From NCBI RefSeq assembly GCF_009834535.1, contig NC_045696.1, positions 35,776,001 through 35,840,000 on the forward strand: a stretch of 64,000 nucleotides of DNA, read 5' to 3'. Positions within the stretch are counted from its first letter, which is position 1; every line of letters starts with the position of its first letter. Below the pieces are notes generated by a model. The model had not been told where the DNA came from. It saw nothing but the letters and a program-made list of their open reading frames with translations, and searched no databases. Position numbers and translations under genes: made by a program. Source of the stretch: Camelus ferus (lineage: Eukaryota). This document shows positions 38,299 through 51,336 of this stretch, in pieces.

Positions 38299-40132
38299 AG
38301 GAGAGTGGCCAACATGGCAGAATAGGAAGACCCTGAGTTCACATCCTCCCACGAGCACACCAAAATTACAACTGTTTACAAAGCAACTATTAACTAGAAA
38401 GACTGGAAAACTATTAGAAAAGATCTTCTACAACTAAAAATACAAAGAAGGAACCACAGTGAGATGGGTAGGAGGGATGGAGATGCTGTATAGTCAAGAC
38501 CCACACCCCCAGGTGGGTGATCCTCAAATGGGAGGATAATTACAATTGCAGAGGCTCTCTCCAAGGAGTGAGGGATCCAAGACTAACATCAGGCTCCCCA
38601 GCCAGAGGCTTCTGCACTGCGAAGATGAGCTCCTAGAACATTTGGTTTTGAAGGTCATTAGGGCTTACTTCTGGGAGAACCCAAAGGCTGTGGGAAATAG
38701 AGACTCCATCTAAGAGGGTGCAACCCAAACCTCACATGCTCTGAGACCCAGAGCAGAAATAGTAATCTGAAAACAACCTTGGTCCAATCCACCTGCTGAT
38801 CTTGGAGAGCCTCCAGGAAAGGCAGAAGATAACTGGAGCTCATCCAGGGAACTAGACACTGGAAGCAGTCAATTTAGTGACCTCATGGAAACAGGTGCTG
38901 GCAAGTGCCGTTCTGGAATCTCCCTTCTAGCTAATCTGCACAGGGACCCGGCCCAGTCCACTTGCCTGTCCATCCTGCTAACCAGCAAGTTAACACCAGC
39001 TCCAAGCAAGTAGGCTAACAACACTAGATCTGGGACTCCTGGACCCACAAGCAGCCACCCTAGTACCCATCTCTGCCCGCCAGTGGGCTGGCACTAGCCC
39101 TGGGAACCCTTGGGGCTCTGCAATGGCCACCTCATGACCTGGGTCCTCCCCAAGGCAGCTGGCATCCTCCAAACAAGGCAGGGCCTGGAAAACAACCAGA
39201 CTGGAGACTAGACACACCTACCACCATCCACAGTAGTCAACCCACAACAACAGAAGGGCTCACTCAGCCCACATAGGGGCACTCCTCAGAGCATATAGCT
39301 CTGATGACCAGAGGGGAATGAGCTGCTGAAATATAAAGGAAGTCTCCTACAAAAAGCCACTTCTCCAAGACTAGGAAATGTAACCAACCTACCAAATACA
39401 CAGAAATAAAAACAACAAATTAAGCAAAATGAGGTAACAGAGGAACAAGTTCCCAATGAAGCAACAAGATAAAACTACAGAAAAATTAAGTGGAAATAAG
39501 GAATCTACCTGATAAAGAGTTCAAAGTAATGGAGATAAAGATGCTCAAAAACTCAGGAGAATGGATCAACACAGTGAGAAGTTTATCAAAGAGTTTAAAA
39601 ATGTAAGGAAGAACCAAGCAGAGATGAGGAATACAATAACTGAAAAAAATAAATTAGAAGAAATCAACAGTAGGTTAAATGATATAGAGGAACAAATTAG
39701 CAAACTGGAAGACAGAGTAGTGGAAATCACTCAACCTGAACAAAAAGAAGGAGGAGGACGAGGAGAGGTAAGGGGAGGAGGAGGAGGAGAATAAGAATGT
39801 AAAAAAAAGGGAACAGTTTGAGACCTCTGAGACAACATCAAGCATACTAATATTCATATTATAGAGGTTCAGAAGGAGAGAGAGAGAGAGAGAAAGAGGC
39901 AGAGAACTCATTTGAAGACATAATAGCTGAAGATTTCCCTAACCTGAGAAAGGAAACAGAGATCTAGGTCCAGGAAACACAGAGATTCCCAAACAAGACC
40001 AACCCAAAGAGGACCATGCCAAGACACAATGTAATTAAAATGGAAAAAATTAAAGGTAGAGAATATTAAAAGCAGCAAGGGAAAGGCAACAAGTTATATA
40101 CAAGGGAACTCAACTGACTTTTCAGGAGAAAC
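38299..40132 (+). mobile_element. Artiodactyl-type L1 5' UTR and ORF1 (3' part missing)
   Basis: Starts 'gagagtggccaacatggcagaataggaagaccctgag'. The ORF1 coiled-coil peptide KNQAEMRNTITE...INSRLNDIEEQISKLEDRVVEITQ lies at 39561-39794. Later ORF1 motifs include 'gaagatttccctaacctg' (ENFPNL-like) and ILKAARERQQVIYKG. Confidence 0.92.
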
Positions 40133-43100
40133 AGTCAGAAGCTCTTCCGGACTCATCTTACCTCAGGAGAGTCCATGCCCCTCGGCTACACCCAATTTTC
40201 TCTGGCACACACAATCAGCAAATGATCCTAAGGTATGGCAACAACTGTCAGGTTATTTTGAAAGAGCTCTTTCCTTGATATAATTTTACCTCCTCTAGTC
40301 CTTGTTGACATCACACTTGTTAACATCTTACAAATATATTTGTGAATATTCTTTAATTTCCTAGATATTGTGTCAGAAGCATAGACCCAATAAAATACTG
40401 GTTAACTTTCAAACTTTTCAACAGAGAGATAAATTTGGATGTTTTCTTCTTCTTCTCTGCTTCCTCACTACTATTATTTATTTCTTATTACGTGCCAAAC
40501 ATACTTCTTTACTGTAAGTATCTCCTGATAGATACATTAATATTCTTATTTTTCCCACTTATATTTAGAGTAGCTTAGGGTCAGGGAGGTTTATACAGCT
40601 AAGAAGTAATGACATTTGGATTCTGTCACCAGCCATATGATTCCAAAATGCATACTTTTTATCATAATGCCACATAATATTCCTTTTTCTCTCTGTCTCT
40701 CCCTCTACACATGCACACAAAATATTTTATATATACTCTCTATAACTTCTAAATTTTAAATATTCAATATTTTATATGTTCTACATATATTCAGTATCTA
40801 TTATGTGTGTGTCTATAGGTATTTTTCAATGTCTTTCTAGGAAATAATCTGTATATAGGTTTCCCATCAGAAGAATGGGTTTATTACTTCAGCTGTTATA
40901 CTTTAAAGTGTGACCTTGGGCTAAATACTTAATTTTCTGAATCTCACTTTCCTCATCTATATATGGTAAGAATAATACTTCATTGGGTAGTTCTATGAAA
41001 GAAGTTAATGATATGGAACCAATTTTTAAACCATAAATCACTATAAATATTTTAGGTATCACTTCCATTAACAGATATACACATGCATATCTTGCCAATC
41101 TTTCGTTTGCTCATATCTTTTTGTAGTTAAGTTCACTACATGCCAATTACAGTTAAACCAGTCAACTTGTTATGTGATTGTGCAGGATAACTAGCTAATC
41201 TCATTATTGAACTTGGTACATTATGTTGAATTATATACCTTAAGTGTCAAGGAAAGGTCCTTAAATAAGCCATCAGCAGTAATAGGATTTTAACCTTAGT
41301 TGGCTTGCCCAAAGACATTTTAATTGATTGCACTGTTAAGTTTGCTGAAATAACTAACAGAGGCCATAAGAAAATTGAGCTGCCAGTTGTTTAAAAAAAA
41401 AAAAAAACAAGATGAAGGGGGAGCAAGTTAGACAGAATACTTTTTAAAACAAAGACAGATATTATGTTAAAAATCACTCAGGCATAAATAATGTCTGTGC
41501 AATATGCTCAGGCTCTATTTGGCCAAAATTCATATAATAGAAAAGCATGAAGTAAGATTTTTGCCTTCCCTTCAAACAGCACCAAATACTGGGAAACTGG
41601 TTCTCACAGTGACGGACTCTGATGCACTGCAGCCACCAGAACCAATTTCTACACCATCAGTCAATTGAAATTATGTTCCACATAATTATGGTATAATTAC
41701 AGTATGATGTTTATTTGTGAAACAGTAGAGTCTTAGCACACACCCATTTAGTTTACACAAATATAACCACATGCTCTGATCTGGGAGACAGAGAAAGAAG
41801 AGAGGGGAAATTGAGGAAAGAGAGACTGGAATATCTCTGTGTTTAATTTTGGAGGCTTTAGCTTTTCAAACTTTTTCCAGACTAAAATGCTGAAAACAAG
41901 CAGGCAAAAATTAATAGTTGAGATTTCAAGAGTAATTTTGACTACATGAGATTCTGTAACCTGACCCCTTTCTAAAACGTTATTCAACTCTATTTTGAAA
42001 TGGATAATTAATTGATTTTCTGTGCTTTTGAAAAAACTTCCTTCCCTCTTTCCTATCTGAAACTAATTTACCTTATGAGGAAGTCATAGCAGGTATTTCT
42101 CTCTTGTAAAATCAATCTCAGAAGTTCAGAAGACTTATCTGAGATCTCACAGCATTTATTTCCATAGATGCAAGAGGACAGTCCTGATTCTTTTACAACT
42201 TTCTATTCTCATACACTTCACTTCACACACAAGTATCTATGTGAGCACAGACCACACACGTTTGGGTATGTCACACACACAAAAAAAAGAAGACGAAGGA
42301 GAAGGAGGAGAAGGAGAAGAAGAAAATCATAGGAAAAGTAGAATTTTTTAAAAAAAGGGAAATGAAGCTTCCTCAAGGTATTCTGTAACATTTACAATAA
42401 CCTAAAATCACTATTTTCATTTATTTTGTCAATTGCCATGCTTATCATAGATTGTTCAAGTTGTATTCAATTTTTAATTCCATAAAGAACAAATGCTAAA
42501 AGCTACAGTTTATGTTTTCCATTTTCTCAATTTTTTGACAATTTTTCCCTAAATTTTTATAGGCCAACTATTGGACTTTTCCTCATAAGGTAAAGTACTA
42601 CATGATATGTGTTGTGACAGTTTGTGGATGGCACTTGGGCTCCTTTGTTTGAACAGTCTTCTCTTTCGACTTTAGTCTTCAGCATTTGAAAGAAATGTCA
42701 GAGAAATCAAAACTATTGTCTATACAAAATGCAGGTATATCTAATAGCAAGTCTCACATTTTGACAGGTTTTTAATTCACCAGATGTTCACATGTACTAG
42801 GCACACAATCAGACCGAGGAATGCATTACACATCTAGATCCTGATTAATGTTCACATTTAGACTTCAGATGGATTATATCACTTACAAGCTCGTTGACTG
42901 AGAGAAACCAACTTGATTAAAATATGCCAGTAACAAGAAACGTAAGTACTTCAAAAGAAAATGCATCTTAGAATAAGAGGTATTTTAAGAAAATAATTTA
43001 ATTAAGCTATTACAGGATATGGACAATACTATGGAGCAGAATACAAGACAACTTTTTAAAATAAGCATAAAATGCACTCTGAAATAAAAACAATCTACAA

Positions 43101-43247
43101 CTGAACTAATTTTTTTCTCAAATACTACATTATCTAATTTTAAACTGACCTCTCTACTGTATCTATGCCTTCTTGTGATTTCATTGGTTTTTAGCATCTT
43201 ACTAATAAATGATAATAAAAATGAGTCATGTCATAAAAGTTTTATAT

Positions 43248-43283
43248 CTATACTTGATCTTAGCCAAACAGTTGAGAAGTAGT
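43248..43283 (-). pseudogene. RNU2: U2 snRNA 5'-fragment retropseudogene (tailless)
   Basis: 'ctatacttgatcttagccaaacagttgagaagtag' is the reverse complement of U2 nt ~1-35 (ATCGCTTCTCGGCCTTTTGGCTAAGATCAAGTGTAG) with a few changes. TSD aagttttatatcta (43237-43250) and aagttttatttcta (43287-43300). Confidence 0.9.
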
Positions 43284-44043
43284 TACAAGTTTTATTTCTA
43301 GCACAGTTTAAAAGCAAGTCTAAGGCAAACTAAGATAGTGTATATCGGATTTCTTTATGAATTTAATGCTCCCTTTGAAATTTAAGGCTTTTAAAATTTC
43401 TTCAATGTATACTTATAAACTTGGTGATAATTTTCACCTATTGCTCCTCTAACAAGCTTTGAAAACATTTTATGTGCTAGGGGTCGTACTAAGCACTGAA
43501 TACATAATTCTGAGGCATAACGAACGAGGTCCTCATGTCATGGATCTTTCGCAAAGTGAGTAATTAATTATGGAGAATCCCTGAGCCTCCTACAAGAAAC
43601 AATAAAAAATTAAGGAAACTGGAGGAAAAAAGAAATTGTAGCATATTTGCTGTGTGGTCTATTGTGGTCCTCAAATTTTTCATAAAATCAAGATTAAAGT
43701 GGAAATATCCACTTCAAACTAGAAATGACTGGTTCGCCCTGAATGTGGTCAATCTATCTTAAATTAATTAAGACCAAAAAAAGAAAAAAAAGATTTAATG
43801 GGGAATTCTACTTAAAAAGAATTACAGCTCCTTTTAAGCACATAGCCATGGACAGTTACATAACCTCCCCTTTACTGCTATTCAAATACTGGAAATACTG
43901 TTTAGGCACAATTGGTTTTTACTCATATTATTTAGGTTTTTCTTTCATTCGTATATTTATTTAGCCATTTAAAAAAAATGACCGTGGATATAGCAGGAAT
44001 CTAATTAAAGCCCTCACCCAGGTAGACATTACTTTGTAATGGT

Positions 44044-44605
44044 GTGTGACAGGCTGTCTGTTTTAAAATTGACCACAGCAGTATTTCTGGTCCCAACTAC
44101 TCTTGTAGATCCTTGCCACACCTGCATCAGGAGCCGGAGTTTCTCTCTCTTCCACTTGAAACTCTACAGGCCTTTGTGAATTTACTCAATGAATAAAATT
44201 CAGCAGGAGCTATGTGCTGCATGAGATCCAAGACAAGGTCATAAAAGGCAAAATAACTTTCCTCTCTCTCCACTTGCTTTGAAATTCTGAGTCTCCATGT
44301 CAGATTCCTGGTTATCCTAACACTGCCACGCTGGGGAGAGAACACATAGATACACAGAGAGATGACTGAAGAGATCTGGTTTCTACAGTCCTCAGATGTT
44401 TAAGTCTTCAGGTGTTGACAATGTGAGGAGGTGAGCATGATTTTGAGCCCCAGCCATATATAACCGTGGCTGCATAGCAGGCTCTGATAGAGAACCTAGC
44501 AGCTAACCCCACTCAACCTCCAGATTCACGAGCAAAATAAGTGATTGTCATTGTTTTTAAGCCATTGTTTTGAAGTGGTATGTCATGCAATAGATAAGCA
44601 GAACA
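44044..44605 (+). mobile_element. MLT1G/H-type MaLR LTR
   Basis: 'ccttgccacacctgcatcaggagccggagt...ccacttgaa...ggtcataaaaggc...ttgtttttaagccattgttttgaagtggtatgtcatgcaatagataagcagaaca'. Confidence 0.85.
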
Positions 44606-44609
44606 AGGG

Positions 44610-44980
44610 AAGAGGAAATAAACAAATAAGCCAATGAATACAGAGTACATCACAAAGGCAAAGGAATAAAATAAAGATCAAGAGGACCAGGTACTGAAAG
44701 TAGGTATTCACTATTTTGTACAGGGAGCTCAGGAAAGTCTTGGCAGATATGTGGACATCTGAGCAGAGACCTGAAAAGAGCTGACCCTGTGGGTGTTTTG
44801 GAAGAAATATTTTGTCAGAGAGAACAGCAGCGCTAAAGCTCTGGGGTGACAGTGTGCATGGCGTGTCTGCGAACAATAAGGGACAAGATAACTAAAGCAG
44901 AATAAAGGAGGGTGAGAATAGTAGGAAATTAGGTCTTTGAGTATAAATGGGCCAAGAAGATATAAAGGTATAATTGTTTG
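44610..44980 (-). mobile_element. L2 LINE fragment
   Basis: 'gacatctgagcagagacctgaa...cagagagaacagcagcgctaaagctctgggg'. Confidence 0.75.
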
Positions 44981-46149
44981 CATTCCCTATAATTAAGGGA
45001 CAGGATAAAAACAAAATATGTCACTGAAAGTCCTTACAGTATCAAGAATAACTCCAGCTTTGAGCTCTTTGCCAAATTTTCACAATCTACTTTGATTAAC
45101 GAGCATAGCCTCATTTTGCTTGGCTAAATTCAGCTCATACCCTATTTGCATGCCAATGATTTTTAAACCACCCAGAAAACAATTTGCCCCTGGTGTAGTT
45201 CATAAGCACTCGAAGGCAAATAAATCATTTAAGGACAACTCTTTAAAGCACATATTGCAAAACATTCATCTTGCAGATACAATGTTTTACCAGGATGCCC
45301 TAAATTTTACTGCCTGTTCTAGAACAAATGATTAATCCAATTTGTAATTTTGTTTGTGAGATTAATGCTATCTTGAAAACAGCCATTGAACAGGAAAGTA
45401 TCTTTTATCTGTGGCCCAGATTGTCTCCAAATGTTTTACCGTTGACAGAAAGTATGCTTTTGTCTGTCACTGGTGTAGTAATATAAACTCACATAAGCTG
45501 TGCTTAGGGGATTGTGTTAGTTGACATGAAGCACTGATTGAATCTAGATTTAGATGCAGCTGTCACTTGGGCTGCTGGAAAATATGGTAGGGTTTTGGAC
45601 TTGGGAAATGGCAGATTACCTAGGTAAACTTTATGTAGCTCTAACTCCTTTCCCCCATCCTCATGCACATGCTTGTGTTTAATAGTTAGGAAGCGGGGGG
45701 AGGGTGATGAGAAAGTTAAATATAATAAAATAAAGTTAAACTCTGGAAAAATTCTTCTAGGGACATTAAAAAGTTACTAAATGACTGCTATTCAATAGAA
45801 TAGCATCCCAAATCCCAAGAAAGTATATTTAAAACAATGTTTATTTAAGAGGATTATGGACTCTTATGGTTACTTTTTGATACAGATAGTAAATTATTTA
45901 TTCATTACACTACCTTTCTTGATGGTAGAGCCATTGCACTGTTATGCTACAGTAGTTAGTTTGTTTCTCCATGTTTCTGGGGTTCTATTTGTTTGTCTAC
46001 TTTTCAGGACAGAGCAGAGGACTTTTTTCACTGTGCAGGGCTCCTGTGGTTGGGAGACAGGCCCATCATCCCAGATTTGAGGAACAGTGAAGTTTTAAAG
46101 GAGAATTCTGCAAAATCAAGAATCCTTCTTTTTGTTCTCTCTGTGAGAA

Positions 46150-46350
46150 GCAGCTTGGCATAGAAAAAGGAACAGACTTTATAGTTAGACAAAGATTTGA
46201 ACCCTGCTCCACCATCAGTGTGGCCTGGGTTAAGTTACTGAACGTCTTCAGACCTCTGTTTCCTGAATCTTTAGAATGGAGATACCTGATACCACTTTAG
46301 AAGGTTTAAATGAGAAAACATGTATAAAATGCTTTGCACAATACCCAGTA
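46150..46350 (+). mobile_element. MIR SINE
   Basis: 'gatttgaaccctgctccaccatcagtgtggcctgggttaagttactgaac...cctctgtttcctgaatct...aatggagata'. Confidence 0.8.
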
Positions 46351-46489
46351 AACTTTCTTCACTCATTCAACAACTATTGCGTGTGTGTCTGTTTAAATTA
46401 CATTTTTTTTCTGATTTGAGTTTGGTATTTCTGAATTAGTAAATATTAAGAGTGGAGTACATCTCCAGTTTGCATTAAAATATGTTAGC

Positions 46490-49400
46490 GACTTCAGATT
46501 CTGGGAATATGGATTGGAAGTAGTTTTTCCTATTTGTAGAACTAAAAGTCTGGACATTATATATGTTAAAACAATAAACACAACAACATAAGAACACATT
46601 GAAAGTTGGAGAGAAGATGGCAGACCGGCTAGGAACCTTAAGACCTTGGGACACAATGGGGAGTTTTCTGTTTATTTTGTGCCTCATATCCCACGGTTGA
46701 AAATGGAGGAGCCAGCAATATGGAAATGCCAAAGGAAGTGGGGAAAAAAGTAACAAAAGCATGATCCCTTGAGCCAAAGGGCCAGGGAAGAAACAACATG
46801 GTAAGACAGAAATGTTTAGATGATAACTGCTGTACTCCCAACAAACACCACAGGAAAAGGAAAAAAGTGGCCCCATTCCCACTCATGCCAGCAAAGGCCA
46901 AGTGGGCAACCTAGACATCACCCCTCACCAGAATGTAGTGAGGCACCTCAAGCCCTATCACGGGCTGGTGCCAGAAAAGGCTGCATCCTGAATAGGAAAC
47001 TGAGTGCCAATCCATCCTATGGAAATAAGACAGCTTCCTCATCTTCCACCAGTATCAACAGAGTCCATGGTGGGTGGTAGGCTGCCTGTGTTTTTGCCCC
47101 TATTCCCAGTGAAGTATTTTCAACAAAGTCCTGGTAGAGAGTCAGGACTTTCACTACTGCCCTCTGTGGCATCAGTGGAGGCCACCTAATGAGCAGTAAC
47201 AAGGCATTCCTACCCCTTCCCAGCCAGGAAAATATCAGTGATGACTTATTTTCACTCGCCATCCATATCTATCAGTAAGGAAGAGCAATCCCTGTCCCTT
47301 AGAACTAATGAGAGGGTGAATAACATTATTAAATGTATACATTTGGAAAGAGTACAAGTCTCAAACCAATGTAAGCTCCCGCAACAAGAAGTTAGAAAAA
47401 GAAGAATAAAATAAACCCATATCAAGCAGAATCAAGTGAATAATAAAGATAACAGCAGAGATCAATGACAGTGAAAACAGACAACCATGGAGAAAAATCA
47501 ATGAAACAAAGAGCTAAGTCTTTGAAAAGATCAATGAACTAGACAAACCTAGTGAAATGGGTAAAAAAAAGAGAGAAGACACAGATTACCAATATTAGAA
47601 ATGAAATCAGAGATACTATTACAGAAACTACAGACATTAGAAATGTATTAAAGAAATACTATGCACAACTCTTAACCTATAGATTTAACAACTTAAAGGT
47701 AATGGACCAATTCCTTGGAAAAAAACTCAAATTATCTGAGTAACCATATAACTATAAGGTAACATATTTGTAATTTATAAACTCACAAAAAAGTTATCTC
47801 CAGGCCCACAGGTTTGATTGGATAATTCTACCAAACTTTTAAAGAAAAATTAACATCAATTCTGCATAATATCTTGCAGAAAATAGAATAATAAAGAATA
47901 TTTCTCAATTTTGGTTTAAGATAGAACAAAAATGAATAATACTATAGATACATATCCACCATAAATATTAATGCAAAAATTCTTAACAAAATATTAACAA
48001 AAAGAATTCAGCAGTATATAGAAAGTGTTATATACTATGATTAGTGGTGTTTATTCCAGGAATGAAAGGCTATTTCAATATTTGAAGCTCATTCAATATA
48101 ATCCAACATAACACACTTAAAAAAGACAAATCACATTATCAATTGGTGTAGAAAAATGAGTTTATACTATTCAACTTCTATTCATGATAAACACTATCAG
48201 AAAGAAAAGGCATACAGTAGAACTTCCTCAACTTGATTTCAAAAATAGCTACAAAAAACCCTACAACATTATACTAAATGTTGAAAGAATGAATGATTTG
48301 TCACTAGAATAAGAAGGCAAGGGTGTCTACTATTACCACTATTACTCAACATAATGCTAGAAGTTCTAGCCAGTGCAATAAGTCAAGATGAGGCAAATGA
48401 TACACAGACAGGAAGGGAAAAAATAAACCTGTCCATATTTGCAAATGGTATGATTGCCTAGAAAACCCCATAGAACCTACAAATATTTGTTTACAAAGAG
48501 TGATTTCAATAAGGTTACAAGATACAAAATAATGACAAAAATCAACTGTATTTCTATATATAACAATAAAAATGAGGACAACAAATTTATAATACAATTT
48601 ACAGTTGCTTAAAAAAATAAATACCATAGTGTAAATCTAACACAAACATGATAGAATTTTTATTCTGAAAAAGACTATGTACTGATTAAAGCAATTGAAG
48701 AAGATAATGGATTGCAAGATTCAACACAATGAATGTGTCAATTTTCCTCTAATTGAAATAGAGGTTTAATAAAATTTTTATCAAATCCCAGTAAGAATTT
48801 TTATAGAGGCAAGATAATCCTAATATTCATATGGAAAGAAAAAAGAATTGGAAAGCTGAAACAACTTTTATTTAAAAACATATATATTTATAGTAACCAA
48901 GATAGTCTTATATCTGTGTGTGAACAGACACATAGCACAAAGGAACAGAGTCAAGAACCCAGAAACAGACCCACTCAATATTGTCAACTGATTTTTAACA
49001 AAGGCACAAAAACAGCTTAATGGAGGAAATACAGACTTTCAACAAATGATGCTTGAGTAATCAGACATTCAGAGGTATAAAAATGGACCTCAACCTGAGA
49101 TTCATACTTTATATAAAAATTAGCTCAAAATGGATTGTAGAATTAACGTAAAAAGTAAAAATACAAGACTTAAAAAATAGGACAAAGTCTTTGGGACTTA
49201 GAGACAGAAAATAATTCTTAGACTGGCACACAAAACATAAAGCATAATCCAAAGAAAAAATATATAAATTGAACTTCATCAAAATTTAAAATTTTTGCCT
49301 ACAGAAGACTCTGTTGTGAGGATAAAAATAAAAACTACATGAGTCAGATTAAAATATTTCAAACCACATACCTGATAAAAAAAAAACCTAGTATCTAGAA

Positions 49401-50437
49401 TGTATTAAAGAACTCTCAAAATTCAACAGTATAAAAATCAAACAAACATTCCAATTCAAAAATGAGCAGAAGAAAAAGAAACACACGTTACTGAATAGGA
49501 TAAAAGTTGGCAAAGAAACATGAAGTAAGATGTTCAACATCATAGCCTTTAGGGAAACGCAAATTCAAATCAGAGTGAGACGTCACTCTGAACCTCTCAA
49601 TGGCTAGAATAACAATTAATGACAACACCAAATGCTGTTGAGGATGCAGGGACTAGATTACTAACATTTTCCCAGTGGGAATGTAAAATGAAACAACTAC
49701 TTCAGAAAGCAGCTTGACAGTTTCTTAAAAACTAAATATGCAGCTACCCATATCATCTACCAATTGCATTCTTGGGCATTTTTCCCAGAGAAAGGAAAAC
49801 AATATATATATACAAAAAACAGTATAGTAATATTTATAGCAATTTTACTGAAAATAGCCAAAAACTAGAAACAATCCAGATGTCTTTCAAAGAGTGAATG
49901 GTTAAATAAATTGTGGTGTATCTATACCACGGAACATGACTCAGCAATAAAATGGAACACACTATGGATGCATACAATAGCCTAGATGAATCTTGAGAAA
50001 ATTATGTGTAGTGAAAAAAGCAAATCCCAGAAGGTTACAGACCATATGATTCTATTTAAATAACATTTTTGAAATGCTAAAATTATAGAAAAAAGGACAG
50101 ATTAATAACAGCAGGAATTAAGGATAGGGTGGTAATAGTAGACAACCTTGCCTTCTTATACCAGTGGGAAATCATTCTTTCTTTCAACATTTAGTATAAT
50201 GTTGCACGTTATTTGTAGTTTTTTTTTATCAAGTTGAGGAAGTTCCACTGTAGTCCTATTTTTTTTTTTATAGTGTTTGTCATGAATAGGAGTTGAATTG
50301 TGTAAAATTCTTTTTCTACACCAGTTGTCAAGATGTCATCATTGGGAAACTGGGTAAAAGATGCACAGGATTTCTCTGTATTGTTTATTTCAACTGTATG
50401 TACATCTGCAATTATTTCAAAGTTAAAAAACAAAAAA
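46490..50437 (+). mobile_element. L1MC-type element: 5' end, ORF2 remnants and 3' UTR (internally deleted)
   Basis: 5' motif 'gaaagttggagagaagatggcagac'; ORF2 peptide KREKTQITNIRNEIRDTITETTDIRNVLKKYYAQL (47552-47743); RT-region 'actcaacataatgctagaagttctagccagtgcaataag'; 3' end 'tacatctgcaattatttcaaagttaaaaaa'. Confidence 0.9.
50129..50327 (-). repeat. Inverted copy of 48140-48339 (L1 ORF2 segment) inserted in the same element's 3' UTR
   Basis: The reverse complement caactggtgtagaaaaag...caacattatactaaatgttgaaagaaagaatgatttcccactggtataagaaggcaaggttgtctactattaccac aligns collinearly with 48140-48339. Confidence 0.85.
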
Positions 50438-51185
50438 GATTTTTTAAAATTATGTGCCAGCCTGAACAACTGAGGAAAAAAGAGAGTAATGAATGAAAAT
50501 GGCAGACATATTTGTCCAAAATATATTATAAAGTGACACAAACCAGGAATGATGATCAAAATTTTGGAATTCTCAAAGAACAGGGACAATAAAACAACTT
50601 GTGTTTTGCATCACTTTGTTCTTCATCACATAATTAACATGTTATTCTAATGATCTGTGTCCTTTTTGAATAAATAAAATGTTTATGTTCTTCCTTATTG
50701 AAAAAGTAATATATCACAAAATTACAATAGTAAATTTCTCTGTTTTACCAGAGTTACAGTTAACTATATGGAAAAAGATTAATTATTATTTCAAAAGATA
50801 TATAAAGACTTCCTTTTAAACATGAGATAATTAAGCATTATTAGGATCATTCACAATTGAGAAATCTGTTCAAAAGAAATTACTGCTATTTATACTAATG
50901 TGAAAATACAATAGGGACATTTATTTATTGAAACGTATGCCAGAATTTTTTTCTTTGAAAATTTATATACATACACATACATATATAAACACATATATAA
51001 ATGTATATTTATACACATAGAGGCAGAGAAAGAAAGAGAGAAACTGCAAAAGAATAATCAGAAACTAAGAATGTAAAAAAAGTGTTAAGTCAATACAAAG
51101 TTATGGGCCAGGTTTATTGACAATATTCCTTATCTACAACTTAAATTGTCACCCTCAGCATTTTTGAAAATTAATTATACTACAA

Positions 51186-51336
51186 GGGGGATGGTATAGC
51201 TCAAGTGGCAGAGCTCTTGCTTACCATGCATGAGATCCTGGGCTCAATCCCCAGGACCTCCTCAGAATTTAGATAAACAAATCTAATTACCTCCCCCTGC
51301 CAAAAAAGAAAGAAATTTCCCGCAAGCATAAAAAAA
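51186..51336 (+). mobile_element. tRNA-derived SINE, Vic-1-like (camelid)
   Basis: 'ggggatggtatagctcaagtggcagagctcttgcttaccatgcatgagatcctgggctcaatccccaggacctcc' contains A- and B-box-like motifs, followed by '...ctaattacctcccc' and an A-rich tail. Confidence 0.85.

Noticed and set aside
39561..39794. Coiled-coil ORF as a cellular gene
   Set aside because: It is a fragment of L1 ORF1.
46475..46882. 135-aa minus-strand ORF (longest in the track)
   Set aside because: It is antisense to an L1 5' region and shows no recognisable domain.
51186..51260. tRNA gene
   Set aside because: The cloverleaf is degenerate and is followed by a SINE body and A-rich tail, so it is a tRNA-derived SINE.
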